A stretch of DNA of 64,000 nt from assembly GCA_000004985.1 (NCBI GenBank), contig GG738914.1; one strand, written 5' to 3'. The position numbers were made by a program, and so were the translations under genes. Source of the stretch: Naegleria gruberi (taxonomy: Eukaryota). Positions 21,101-30,206 of this stretch are shown here, piece by piece (the stretch's first letter is position 1; the number at the start of each line of letters is the position of its first letter). Below the pieces are notes generated by a model. It was not told where the DNA came from, did no database searches, and saw only the letters and a program-made list of their open reading frames with translations.

Positions 21101-22344
21101 GATCTGAAACGAGGTCTTTCAGTACTGTCATGCCAAGTGGACATATAGAAATCAAATCCATTGTCTATGATGCTTTAGGAGCCGCCACAGAAACAACACA
21201 AATCATTCAAGTCACTAATCCAGTTGACATTACATCAGCCGTTCAATCTTTGAATGCTATTAGTACTTCTTCAGTCACTTCCTCTTCGACCTCATCTGCA
21301 TTGAGTGTTATTCAATCATTGAAACCTCAAACTCAAGAAGAAAAGCAAAAATTGAGTGAAACTGGATCAAAGATTGCAATTGCCTATTTTTCACAGATAG
21401 AAAAGGAAGAAACCGTCACTTCCCAAACAGTTTCATCAACAGCCTCTTCAATTTCTGTTATTTCATCCATCAGTACTTGTATTTCAAATCTGCCTGAAAG
21501 CACAGTCAGTTTTATCATTACTAAATTCAAGTCAACTGTCGATGGCGCCAATTCAAAGCTTAATTTACCAGATGAAGATATTGAATCATCATTCAACAGT
21601 GCCACCACCATTCAATCCTATGTTGTCAAAAATGGAGAAAAGAGGGCAATCTATGTCTTCTCCAAAGTTGATATTACAATGTTAGATCAAATTAAGGAAA
21701 CTCTTGTTAACCTACAAGTGAAGAATTTAGTTGCAGACATGCCTGCTGCTAGAACATTCGGCACAGATTACTATTCATATATGAGATTAATGAGCGTTTC
21801 GTCTTTGAGTAATTTGAATGATACAATCAGTTCAGAATCTTCATTCTCTCTCAGTCAACCATTCAGCACACTATCACAATTTTCTAATTTGGATACTGTT
21901 AAACTTGTGATGAAAGTCCAACAACAAAACGAAAGTGTTACCAAACTTTTCTCATTCAAGGTAGTTTCTACCAATACTGAAATACCAATCAGTTCTGATT
22001 CAATTGCTGAACTCACCATTGAAAATAATGATGGAGTTGTACAAAATGCTGCCACTTACGAATGCAAGATTTTACAAAATGGACAATTGACATCATTGTC
22101 CTCATGTGTGATTGTTTCACACTCTGCAACCAGCTTTACAGTTAGGGTTCCTTCAACTGGTTCTTATGCAATTGTGGCCAATGTTAAGAAAGATGTTATT
22201 GTTGACATATTGTCAGAAGATAATTTGAAATATCTTGCTTTCCTATCATTGATTGTTCCAATTGTTGTGTTGATTGTCATTGTTTTCATTGTTGTGGTTT
22301 GTGTTATTAGAAAGAGAAAGAGAGCAAAAGTTCAAGGTGTTTAA
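18184..22344 (+). CDS. Very large type I membrane protein with ~12 EGF/tenascin-type repeats, a long S/T-rich extracellular region, C-terminal TM and basic tail. 5' end unresolved (frame open from 18088)
   Basis: First in-frame ATG at 18184 and no signal peptide of its own. EGF repeats CxCxxxFxGxxCxxC x12 (e.g. CECSGLFEGEFCQEC, CNGKFTGTYCEKC). TM LAFLSLIVPIVVLIVIVFIVVVCVI followed by RKRKRAKVQGV and stop. Confidence 0.65.
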   Translation: MYDNYIQERTLIEYFPTFFANLGNTTDISISNSDRIISFYSIVSSNIPVLKCKVQLSLGNSLTTLFESNCSSFLNFTHSLTQYSTNTNASIIVTLSNQEYMFEESETFDMNLSNCSQCQNGICRLSQSSIDGSTHCECSGLFEGEFCQECKDGFVKLSDKCVCPNGYQQIGFGCVFVSSSNATSCFGYSVKEGDRACSYHGICNLNTHLCECSENFDGDRCSTCKTGYTGSKCDIPICHDVSAIDSTVCNSKGDCVAPDSCQCNANYYGPNCASFKCNGIEKNNALVCSSHGTCSNADVCTCSSNYDSSTFCSKCLPSYNGTDCSIKICSPETTCRGHGQCNDQLQCICNGKFTGTYCEKCLDGWVGSNCDITCSAQTTCSGKGSCSSTGSCICSATSYGDHCENCKDGWYGANCDFRIDFTSFEFNENGDSISASVNSVMKKNINCSSLIVNTEVLGQGATCVLDGDKSLLIINLGTLATIVINGNLIIRNYIDSKLTTNAKVSGTFYQRVDPVASLTSEKSVIGCGTMFLDASSSTSLDRRRLLFTFSAVTAPNNQALSNLNNLISGNSASTVKFSVNNFTGGSYSVQVAVQSTFSGRVSYATFAFMVTDASPPNLSIKNGVSSTVTIGNSFVVTPIVSFPSCYSGSALISNLKFTYTQVSGAALQIKQKNELLVFSSDYTKLTEEGKYVFSLSAVEQGYPGASITFEIIAVALPLKVSFNIRDMSQSMEDKISFTVLKQDPSNPDDASGQVALSCVNMETLQSCDGFVQNGANIDQTTLLFNQKYGPGVYLFTAVYTKGSRFSSSKVKITVTSQSKSSFLRIYINTPSNIDLTSVDPSTYLILQAQSIDSLSVQRIYSWTTDFDSSSTSSLDLNKKYLSIPKSLLVPGASYTVSVKVVDGAKVGEGVISFVVNSPPTLGSLEINPSTGVALTDEFKVSCGNGWSDVQLPLTFKFLYRLQGDVFWKVLKERSETRSFSTVMPSGHIEIKSIVYDALGAATETTQIIQVTNPVDITSAVQSLNAISTSSVTSSSTSSALSVIQSLKPQTQEEKQKLSETGSKIAIAYFSQIEKEETVTSQTVSSTASSISVISSISTCISNLPESTVSFIITKFKSTVDGANSKLNLPDEDIESSFNSATTIQSYVVKNGEKRAIYVFSKVDITMLDQIKETLVNLQVKNLVADMPAARTFGTDYYSYMRLMSVSSLSNLNDTISSESSFSLSQPFSTLSQFSNLDTVKLVMKVQQQNESVTKLFSFKVVSTNTEIPISSDSIAELTIENNDGVVQNAATYECKILQNGQLTSLSSCVIVSHSATSFTVRVPSTGSYAIVANVKKDVIVDILSEDNLKYLAFLSLIVPIVVLIVIVFIVVVCVIRKRKRAKVQGV

Positions 22345-22487
22345 GATTTTTAATAAACAATTAAAATAATTCAAGTTGCATTTCGTATTTTATTATTAAA
22401 GGGCAAGTTACGATTTAGTCACTTTTTATCAACAATTACTTGTGAATATTGGAATTATGTGTTAATGTACTCAAACATTTGTGTAAG

Positions 22488-22568
22488 GCGGTCTTGACCG
22501 AGTGGTTAAGGTGATTGACTAGAAATCAATTGGGGAGACCCGCACAGGTTCGAGTCCTGTAGATCGCG
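22488..22568 (+). tRNA. tRNA-Ser (anticodon AGA), second copy
   Basis: Identical to 16878-16958 except one variable-arm base (GGGGAGACCC vs GGGGCGACCC). About 30 nt of 3' flank (atcagttttatcttttaaaaattaac) is also conserved. Confidence 0.85.
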
Positions 22569-22602
22569 ATCAGTTTTATCTTTTAAAAATTAACAAATCT
22601 GT

Positions 22603-23127
22603 TTATTCACCCAATAATCTTCCTGCCTCCAATTTTAAGGCCTTTCCAATTGTGTTGGCCTCCATTGTTTCTTTCACATTCTCCAAATATTTTAACATGA
22701 CTTCCAAGATTCCATCATGAAATATTTTAATGGCATCTTCATTGAAAATCACTTGATTCTTCTCTGGTGTGTTGTCTTGTTCTTCTTCTAATTGATTGGA
22801 AAGAAATTCTTTAAACGTATAAAAGGATATGATATTTCTTGCCAACTTCATTTTCTTTTTCAATTCGTTTCGTTTTCGTTTCTTCTTCATTTGCTTCTTA
22901 CAAATTTTCGAATCATGATCTTCATTGCTTCTCTTGAGTTTGTCTTGTGAATCGCTTGTTTTTATATTCAATTCTTCCTTCATTTTGCTTCTTGATCTGG
23001 TGATTACACTTGGTTTGTGTTTGGTTTCGATTGTTCCAGCCAAGAGTTGAAATGCTTTCATATTTCTTTCAAACTCATCCTGGGTGAGGAGTGGAGAATT
23101 TTCTTCTGAATGATTGGATGATTCCAT
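22603..23127 (-). CDS. Hypothetical small basic/charged protein (K/E-rich, KKKRKRNELKKK)
   Basis: ATG at 23127 (MESSNHSEENSPLLTQDEF). 174-aa ORF. Lies immediately downstream of tRNA-Ser(AGA). Confidence 0.45.
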   Translation of the reverse strand: MESSNHSEENSPLLTQDEFERNMKAFQLLAGTIETKHKPSVITRSRSKMKEELNIKTSDSQDKLKRSNEDHDSKICKKQMKKKRKRNELKKKMKLARNIISFYTFKEFLSNQLEEEQDNTPEKNQVIFNEDAIKIFHDGILEVMLKYLENVKETMEANTIGKALKLEAGRLLGE

Positions 23128-23182
23128 TGGGAAGAAGTGCTTGAGAGGTTTGTTGTTGTTTTTTTGTTGATGGTTTTTTCAA

Positions 23183-23395
23183 ATTTAGATTTTAAAAGAT
23201 GTGATGAGTCATGACACAAGACAAACCTTTTTGTTTTTAATCAAAGAAAAAGGAAAAAGCAAATGTTGATGTTTGAAATTATGATTATTTTATTGTTATT
23301 AATACATGACAATAATAATACTGTAACTGAAATATTTCAATTAATTTTAATTGAACTTCTCAAAAGATATTCCAATAGAATGTTGACACATTCCT
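23183..23395. repeat. ~200-bp dispersed repeat, copy 1 (about 85% identical to 25814-26005)
   Basis: Shared blocks: aaatttagattttaa..gatgagtcat..acaagacaaa..aaatgttgatgtttg[ag]aatt[ag]tg.ttattttattgttattaata.at.acaataataata...aaatatttcaattaattttaa.t..gatattccaata.aat.tt. Confidence 0.5.
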
Positions 23396-24026
23396 TATAG
23401 AAAATTACAAAGAACAGATTTTTCAGCTGCCGTCTGTCACTTGACATGATATGGCTTTTCAATTAATAAAATATGGAGATTTTAATGTGTGGCCAGTTCT
23501 CCTCCATCGGCACTTCAGCTAAAATTGTAACTAAGGAAGAGTGGAATTATGAAAATGAAATTGTTTTGAGTCAGGAGAAGTGTCCAACTATTTGATAGAT
23601 GTATTTCTGAATCAGACATTGGTAATTTCTCTAATATTATCCAATATTCAAGATTCTGAAATTTATTCCAAGTGGATTATCAATTATAGTGCAAGCATAA
23701 AGAAATGGCCCTTAGAATGGACAATTAAATTATTTAATTTCAAATTAATCAATGTAAATTTATAATAAATTAGTGGTCTTTGCTCTGAAGAGTATCAATT
23801 TTATTTCTGTCCCGTGGCTCATTTCTTAATTCCAGAAAGTTGGAGAACTATGATGTCAGTTTTACAATGTTTGAATCAATGATTGTTCTAATTAAATAAC
23901 AACAAGTAATAAATCTCCAGTCAATAAAATAATTGAAAATGAAAATAATTGGGAGATTATTTGTTGAATATTGTTTATTTTGTTATTTACACATGTGTTA
24001 ATATAGCTTTCTTGTTGGATTAGTTA

Positions 24027-25478
24027 TTATTCCATCATCGTTTGCCTCCATTCTTTATAGGCATTGATAGGTCTATAAATCTTATCCAAGTCTTGATGGA
24101 ATAATGCAATACTGTCGGCTATTTTTTGAGTTTTAGCCTGATAATTCATCCTTGATTGATTATATATTGGAGGCAATGGATTTTGATTATTGTAAAGATT
24201 TGTAATGAAAACATTATAGTGATTAATCATATGTCCTAACAAGTCTGCAACAAGTTGTTTCATTAATTCAATGTGTGCATCTGCCTCGTTCATTTTCAAA
24301 CCTCTATGTGCTGCAGGATGACGAATATTAAAGATAACTGATTCAACTAAGGGCTTGATGTTGTTTCCAGTTACTTGTTGATACTGTTTACCATAATTTC
24401 TGACACAATCAGAAAATTCACGAGTATAGGTACCAACTAACTCATAGGCGCAGTCACAGACCAGATCCTTAAATTTTGTAAAGAAGGTCTCAAAGTCCCT
24501 GCCTGTCTTTTGATGGAGCTCTATGCTTTGATCAGTTGTTTGAATAAATGTTGGTTGACTATATTGATTTTTGTTGTATTTGTTTTGTACAGTATTACTT
24601 GGATTAATGTTTGTGTTTGGAAGGATGCTCAATGATACAGAAGCACCAAGAGATAGATAGCATTCACCTCTAATATCAATATATTGTTTAGTGTCCACAC
24701 TTTTGGAGCTGGAATTCTTAAGACCAAATGGATGATGTTTCCAAATAAGACAAGAATTGATTCCAAAATCAGATAAACGACCACCTTCTTCTCCCAGTGG
24801 TTGAAATTTACCTTGATAGGTAAATCCATCAACAGTGTTGACTGAGACAAAAGGTGCATTGGATTCACAGTTTTGGAATGATGGAATCAAATTGGTATCT
24901 CCATAATAAATAAACACCAAACTTCTCAAAGAAAATGGTTTTGAAAGATCCACAGTGAATCTACCGAAAATGGGACATTTCTCCTTGGCATACACAGTAC
25001 CCATGTTAGCATAATATCTGGTATGTGCTAATGGAAGATTACAGTGATCACTACGAAATGCTTGTAATTTGCCAAGGAGTTTGTTAGAGTTGGAGTACAA
25101 ACCCAGTAACAAGCCAGGGTAATGATATGCTTTCTTTTCTCTTTCATCATTCAAAGTAACACTATCTGATGTCAGTTCAACATACGACCCATTACGAATT
25201 GTTGCAGGGTCCTTATGTCCAATCCAAACACCAATCTTGGAAATTGTACCAATATCAATGCAAGCTGTAGGTTGAATACTAACAGCAAAATCATTGTAAA
25301 CTCTAATATTATTTAAGTACAAAATATTGCCATAACGAGCAGAACAACGACATGAAACAGGTCTCTCATATGAGGAGGAGAATATCATTACCTCCACTCC
25401 TGTGTTAATTGTGTCATCAATGGCTTGAGTAATGTGATTGATAGATGCACTTTCAAGTCCTGTGCTTTGGTATTGCAT
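24027..25478 (-). CDS. Hypothetical 483-aa protein (no recognised domain)
   Basis: ATG at 25478 (MQYQSTGLESASINHITQAIDD). Long uninterrupted ORF. Flanked on both sides by the ~200-bp repeat copies. Confidence 0.5.
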   Translation of the reverse strand: MQYQSTGLESASINHITQAIDDTINTGVEVMIFSSSYERPVSCRCSARYGNILYLNNIRVYNDFAVSIQPTACIDIGTISKIGVWIGHKDPATIRNGSYVELTSDSVTLNDEREKKAYHYPGLLLGLYSNSNKLLGKLQAFRSDHCNLPLAHTRYYANMGTVYAKEKCPIFGRFTVDLSKPFSLRSLVFIYYGDTNLIPSFQNCESNAPFVSVNTVDGFTYQGKFQPLGEEGGRLSDFGINSCLIWKHHPFGLKNSSSKSVDTKQYIDIRGECYLSLGASVSLSILPNTNINPSNTVQNKYNKNQYSQPTFIQTTDQSIELHQKTGRDFETFFTKFKDLVCDCAYELVGTYTREFSDCVRNYGKQYQQVTGNNIKPLVESVIFNIRHPAAHRGLKMNEADAHIELMKQLVADLLGHMINHYNVFITNLYNNQNPLPPIYNQSRMNYQAKTQKIADSIALFHQDLDKIYRPINAYKEWRQTMME

Positions 25479-25813
25479 TGTTTTGGATTTGGTTTTTTTT
25501 AAAGAGTTGTTTTGGTTGGTGAGAGCACGTGATGGGTTTAAATTGTCTTTACAATGAAAAGTGAAGAATTCCTAACTGGATTCTATTCTATTTTTAAATT
25601 TTCAATCACGTTGAGTGATTGAGAGATTTTTAGCATTTTACAACTTTGTTACTTCATTACTAATTTCAAAAGTAAGGGCCATCAACACATATGAATACAG
25701 ATTACTTTCTATTGAATTATTAACCTTGTTGGGTAGATTAGGTGGAGAATTGGAAAAAATTGGTTTCTTTAGGTCCATACAGAATAAGTGTTTAGACTAC
25801 TTAAAGAATATTA

Positions 25814-26005
25814 AATTTAGATTTTAACGATTTGATGAGTCATTCAAGACAAATCCTATTAATCAAAGTAAATGGAAAGTAAATGTTGATGTTTGGAATT
25901 GTGCTTATTTTATTGTTATTAATATATTACAATAATAATAACTAAAATATTTCAATTAATTTTAAATTAATCTCATATATATAGATATTCCAATAAAATA
26001 TTGGA
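25814..26005. repeat. ~200-bp dispersed repeat, copy 2
   Basis: See copy 1. Same orientation, about 2.6 kb apart. Confidence 0.5.
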
Positions 26006-26099
26006 ATTAATTTCAAATATTCAATTAATTCTTCTTTGATATCTTGATCTTTCCATGCAATAACATTCTCTCCATCAATTATTTCCACTATTAGAAAAA

Positions 26100-26938
26100 T
26101 CAATTATCTTCTGGTGGATCTAGATCAATAATATCTCCAACAATATCAAAAATCTGTCTTGCATCATCTCCATAAACAGAGAAGAAAATCTTACTAAACT
26201 CCTCTTCAAATTCATTATCATTAATCTTTGTTCCAAGAACCTTTTCAAGTCCTAAATTCAACGAAAATAGCTTGGTTGCCTCAATATTCGAATATGTACT
26301 TATTGATTGATCCACCTTCCTAACCAGTGGCATATCCCACTGTCTACAACTTGCTTTTTGATTATCCATTTCTGAACTAATCAGTGGAATCACCTCTGCC
26401 GTCAAGAGACTATGCTCCTCCTCAAGTTCAAGTGATTGTTTCACATAGGGAATTACAAAATTCACTTTCCTAGCCAATGCATGTTTAAAACTCGGAAATG
26501 ATGTATCAGCTCTCTGATAGAATTTCAATGTAGTATTAACCAATTCATCATCATCACTAGCTCCCACACCAGAAAATCCTATATTATTATTATGTGTGAT
26601 GAAGTCCTTTTGGATGAATTATGATCACCAATAAAAAGAACAGGAGTGTTGTTAGATGATGAAGTTACAAATCTATTCATTTGCCTAAATAATTGATTCC
26701 TCTCTTCAACATCCTCAGCGTCCTCAGTTTTATCGTCCTCACCGTAGAAATTATTATTATTAAAATTAGTATTTTGAATAATGGCAGCAGAAGGTGGCTG
26801 TCTACTAGTAACTTCTAAAGTAACATCTTCACCCTCTGTTAGTGCATTGCCCGCATCAGTTGATACATCATCTTCATCATCATCCATAAGATTAATCACC
26901 TCGTGCTCATTGGATGCCTGCTGCATATTTTTCATCAT
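26100..26938 (-). CDS. Hypothetical acidic protein. Two ORFs (26579-26938, 26100-26567) that become one continuous reading frame if the A4 run at ~26600 were A5
   Basis: ATG at 26938 (MMKNMQQASNEHEVINLMDDDEDD). Upstream frame ends ..SSKRTSSHIIII*. Downstream frame opens FIQKDFITHNNNIGFSGVGASDDDELV. Inserting one A in 'tccaaaagg' gives ..HNSSKKDFITHNNNIGFSG... No GT is available for an intron. Confidence 0.45.
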
Positions 26939-27055
26939 ACAGGTTATAGCAACAACGCAAACTTTTTTGAGTTCGGAATCTACGAGCCGATTACATAAGA
27001 ATTTTGTATAAGAATCGTTGTATTTTTAGAATCAAAACTTCCTGTTCCTAAAAAA

Positions 27056-29812
27056 ATGTTGGCACGTATGAAAGAGCACAAGCATGCTAGCCAACAGCAA
27101 CAACAAGCAAATTCCCAACAACAACAACAAACAACGAATAGTACTACTGTTTCTACTACTACAACTCCCAATTCTTCCAATTCTACCTCTCCAGCAACTA
27201 CGAATACATCCTCTCTAAATTCACTAGCCTCTTCTATCCAGTCAACACAAAATCCTTCTCCAGTGATTGTAGGTACTGGTAGCAGCAGCAATAATAACAG
27301 TCAAACAACATCCTCATTGCTGACAACAGCAGCAACATCTATTGGTAGTCTTGGAGGAGGCGGTTTGCAAAATTATGATGATGATAACAATAGCAAGAAG
27401 AGAAGTTTCCAAGAGATGGAACAAACAAGTTCTTCATATTCTCGTACTGACGACTCTAGCAAGTTTAACAAATCTTCTCATCCAAGCAATCCTTCAAACC
27501 TTCATCACTATGATGAGAATAATGATGAAGATGATGAAGATTTAGACCTTTCTACAACAACAACATCTTCATACAACAAGCCACCACCAACACACCAACA
27601 AGGTTCATCCTCCTCTTCGACTCATTCTGCTTATCCATCTCATTTCTCCAGCAGCAATAACCGTCCAGTTGCTCCTCCTTCCAAAGTCCTCCTCTTTTCG
27701 AACCTTCCACCAAATTGCCAAAAATCAGAATTGTTAGAATTTGATACCTTCAATGAGTGTAAATTCCAAAAGGTTTTCCTCTTCAAACAACCAGCTCCAA
27801 GTGGTCCAAATAGACACAACAACAAGAAGAGAAAACGTGATGGTTATTTGGCATTTGTCGAATTTGAAAGCGTTGAGAAGGCACAAATGTTTCTAGACAA
27901 GTTTGAAGGACAAAAGATAAAGATTAGAAACAGAACCGCCTACCTCAAGTTCTCTGAAAAACAACAATTGGAAGGTACTCCTGGAGGATTGACCATGAAT
28001 GTTAATGAAGACTTGAACACAGTACCTGTTAGCAAGACTGTTGTAAATACCAATAACGCAACCATTATACATATTACATTTACTCATTGCGATGAGTATA
28101 ATTATCCCCTCAACGTTGATTTACTCTTTAATTTATTCAGCAAGTTTGGAACCATTGAAAAGATTAATATTTTCATCAAGAATGAACTCACCCAATCACT
28201 TGTTCAATTCAAGTCAGACACTGAAGCAACAGAAGCTGTCAAGGAAATGGAAGGTGTTTTTGTCTATCCAGAGATGAAACTTTATAGAATGAATATTCAA
28301 TTCAGCAAAAAGTCACGTGAAGAACTTTTAATCAAGGAGACTAACCATAGAAATAGAGACTATGTTGTTCATCCAATGCGTTCTCAGAAACCATATGATG
28401 GTAGTGGCAGCAGCATGAGATACAACAACAATACTCCTTCTAATAATCACTATGCTCCTCCACCTGAAGACCCATACTATGTCTCTGAATCATCGAATAG
28501 CAATTCTCCAGACAGAAGAATTCCTGGTAATGATATGGATGAAATGATGCACAATAGAAGAAAATCACCTCCTCCATACATGTCATCACGTGATTCTTAC
28601 CCTTCTCATCATTTTGCTCAACCATCCTATAATAATTATCCACCTCCATCTTCTTATTATCCACCACCATCATCTAGTTCTAATGGTGCCATGATGATAC
28701 CACCACCATCATCAATGCATTCATACAATGGTCCAAACGATTATATGGGCTCATCAGGTTTCCCTCCAATGGGTGGACCACCTCCAATGCCTCCTCAACA
28801 TCACGGAGTGCCACAGCCTCATCATGGTCATCCTCAACAATTCCCTCCACCTCCTTCTTATTCATCAAACGGAGTACCACCTCCAATGCACATGCCAATG
28901 TTCCCTCCAGGTACTTGTGTTGTTATTGTTAAGAATCTTCCAGTCCAATGTACATGTGATCATTTATTCGTTCTGTTTGGCCTCTATGGTGATGTTATCA
29001 AAGTTAGTATTAGTTTATCTAAGAAGGATCACAAGACTCCATACATGGCTTTTATTCAATTCAAGTATCCACACGAGGTTGGTAATGCTCTCCGTTTCCT
29101 AGGTGCTCCATTCTATCCAACTTTCAACAAGTATACACCTGGAAATACACCTATTTCCAGTGGGTCCACTCTATTTGGAAAAGAGTTACATATTGAACCA
29201 TCTTTCCGTATTTTTGACATTATTCCTCCAAGATCATCAAAGTCAAAGGAAAATGACGGTTCAAAGGATATTTTATTTAGATCCTATGAAAACTCTCCTC
29301 TTCATCGCTTTACTCCTAGACAAGGTACTCAAGAAAGTTACCAAGCCAACATGAAGAAGCTTATGAACATTTGTCCTCCTTCTCCTGTTCTTCATATCAG
29401 TAATGTATCAGGAACAACAACTGAGGATAAGATTAGAAGAGAAATTGACAAATTGTTCGAATCACCAAATCAAAGAAAGCAAAAGTCAAGAATTGTGGAC
29501 TTTAAATTCATCGACTACAAGAAAACTCAAACATCTGATCATAAAATGAAAGAAAAGAAATCAGCAATCATCGAAATGGATAGTATTGATGCAGCAACTA
29601 CTGTTTTAGTTGAATTGCATGATATTTCCATTGATTCTCATCACTTGAACATCAAGTTTAGCAACAGAAGTGGCAGTCAATCCTCGTCACAAAGCCACTA
29701 TGATTCATACTACCAAAATGATCAAAGATCCAACAACAATAGACCACCAAGAAGAAGTAGTGATAGAATGCCTCAACAAGACACAATGATGGGAGAAAAT
29801 CAGGATAATTAG
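27056..29812 (+). CDS. PTB/hnRNP-L-like RNA-binding protein with four RRM domains and low-complexity Q/S/T/P-rich regions
   Basis: ATG at 27056. RRM-like blocks KVLLFSNLPPNCQKSELLEF..YLAFVEFESVEKAQ, TIIHITFTHCDEYNYPLNVDLLFNLFSKFGTIEKINIF, CVVIVKNLPVQCTCDHLFVLFGLYGDVIKVSI, PVLHISNVSGTTTEDKIRREIDKLF. P/Y-rich linker. Confidence 0.65.
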   Translation: MLARMKEHKHASQQQQQANSQQQQQTTNSTTVSTTTTPNSSNSTSPATTNTSSLNSLASSIQSTQNPSPVIVGTGSSSNNNSQTTSSLLTTAATSIGSLGGGGLQNYDDDNNSKKRSFQEMEQTSSSYSRTDDSSKFNKSSHPSNPSNLHHYDENNDEDDEDLDLSTTTTSSYNKPPPTHQQGSSSSSTHSAYPSHFSSSNNRPVAPPSKVLLFSNLPPNCQKSELLEFDTFNECKFQKVFLFKQPAPSGPNRHNNKKRKRDGYLAFVEFESVEKAQMFLDKFEGQKIKIRNRTAYLKFSEKQQLEGTPGGLTMNVNEDLNTVPVSKTVVNTNNATIIHITFTHCDEYNYPLNVDLLFNLFSKFGTIEKINIFIKNELTQSLVQFKSDTEATEAVKEMEGVFVYPEMKLYRMNIQFSKKSREELLIKETNHRNRDYVVHPMRSQKPYDGSGSSMRYNNNTPSNNHYAPPPEDPYYVSESSNSNSPDRRIPGNDMDEMMHNRRKSPPPYMSSRDSYPSHHFAQPSYNNYPPPSSYYPPPSSSSNGAMMIPPPSSMHSYNGPNDYMGSSGFPPMGGPPPMPPQHHGVPQPHHGHPQQFPPPPSYSSNGVPPPMHMPMFPPGTCVVIVKNLPVQCTCDHLFVLFGLYGDVIKVSISLSKKDHKTPYMAFIQFKYPHEVGNALRFLGAPFYPTFNKYTPGNTPISSGSTLFGKELHIEPSFRIFDIIPPRSSKSKENDGSKDILFRSYENSPLHRFTPRQGTQESYQANMKKLMNICPPSPVLHISNVSGTTTEDKIRREIDKLFESPNQRKQKSRIVDFKFIDYKKTQTSDHKMKEKKSAIIEMDSIDAATTVLVELHDISIDSHHLNIKFSNRSGSQSSSQSHYDSYYQNDQRSNNNRPPRRSSDRMPQQDTMMGENQDN

Positions 29813-30206
29813 TCTCATCACACTCCTCTCACAACACTCAACATTCATATCCTTCACACATTTGTGCCTCTTCTTTTCGTCAAATCTTGATGATCAACTT
29901 CTTCATCTCATTAAAACACTTTAAAATTTCAAAAATCCCTCTAAGCTTCATAACATCTTTTCATTCCTTCTTTCAAAATAGCCATTAACGGCAATATCCT
30001 CTTTTTGTTAGGTAAGGAATATTTGGAACACAACACCCAATTGCTTTTTTTATTTATTAAATAAATCTAAGTTATCTGCTCTCGATTGAGAGGATAGTTT
30101 TATCAAGGATGATTCGAATATGTTCATCCTCAAATGATTCTGTATTTAATAGCCGCAAGTTTCTCCGAAACTAATCAGGAACTAAACATTAAAAAAATAG
30201 CAAAAC

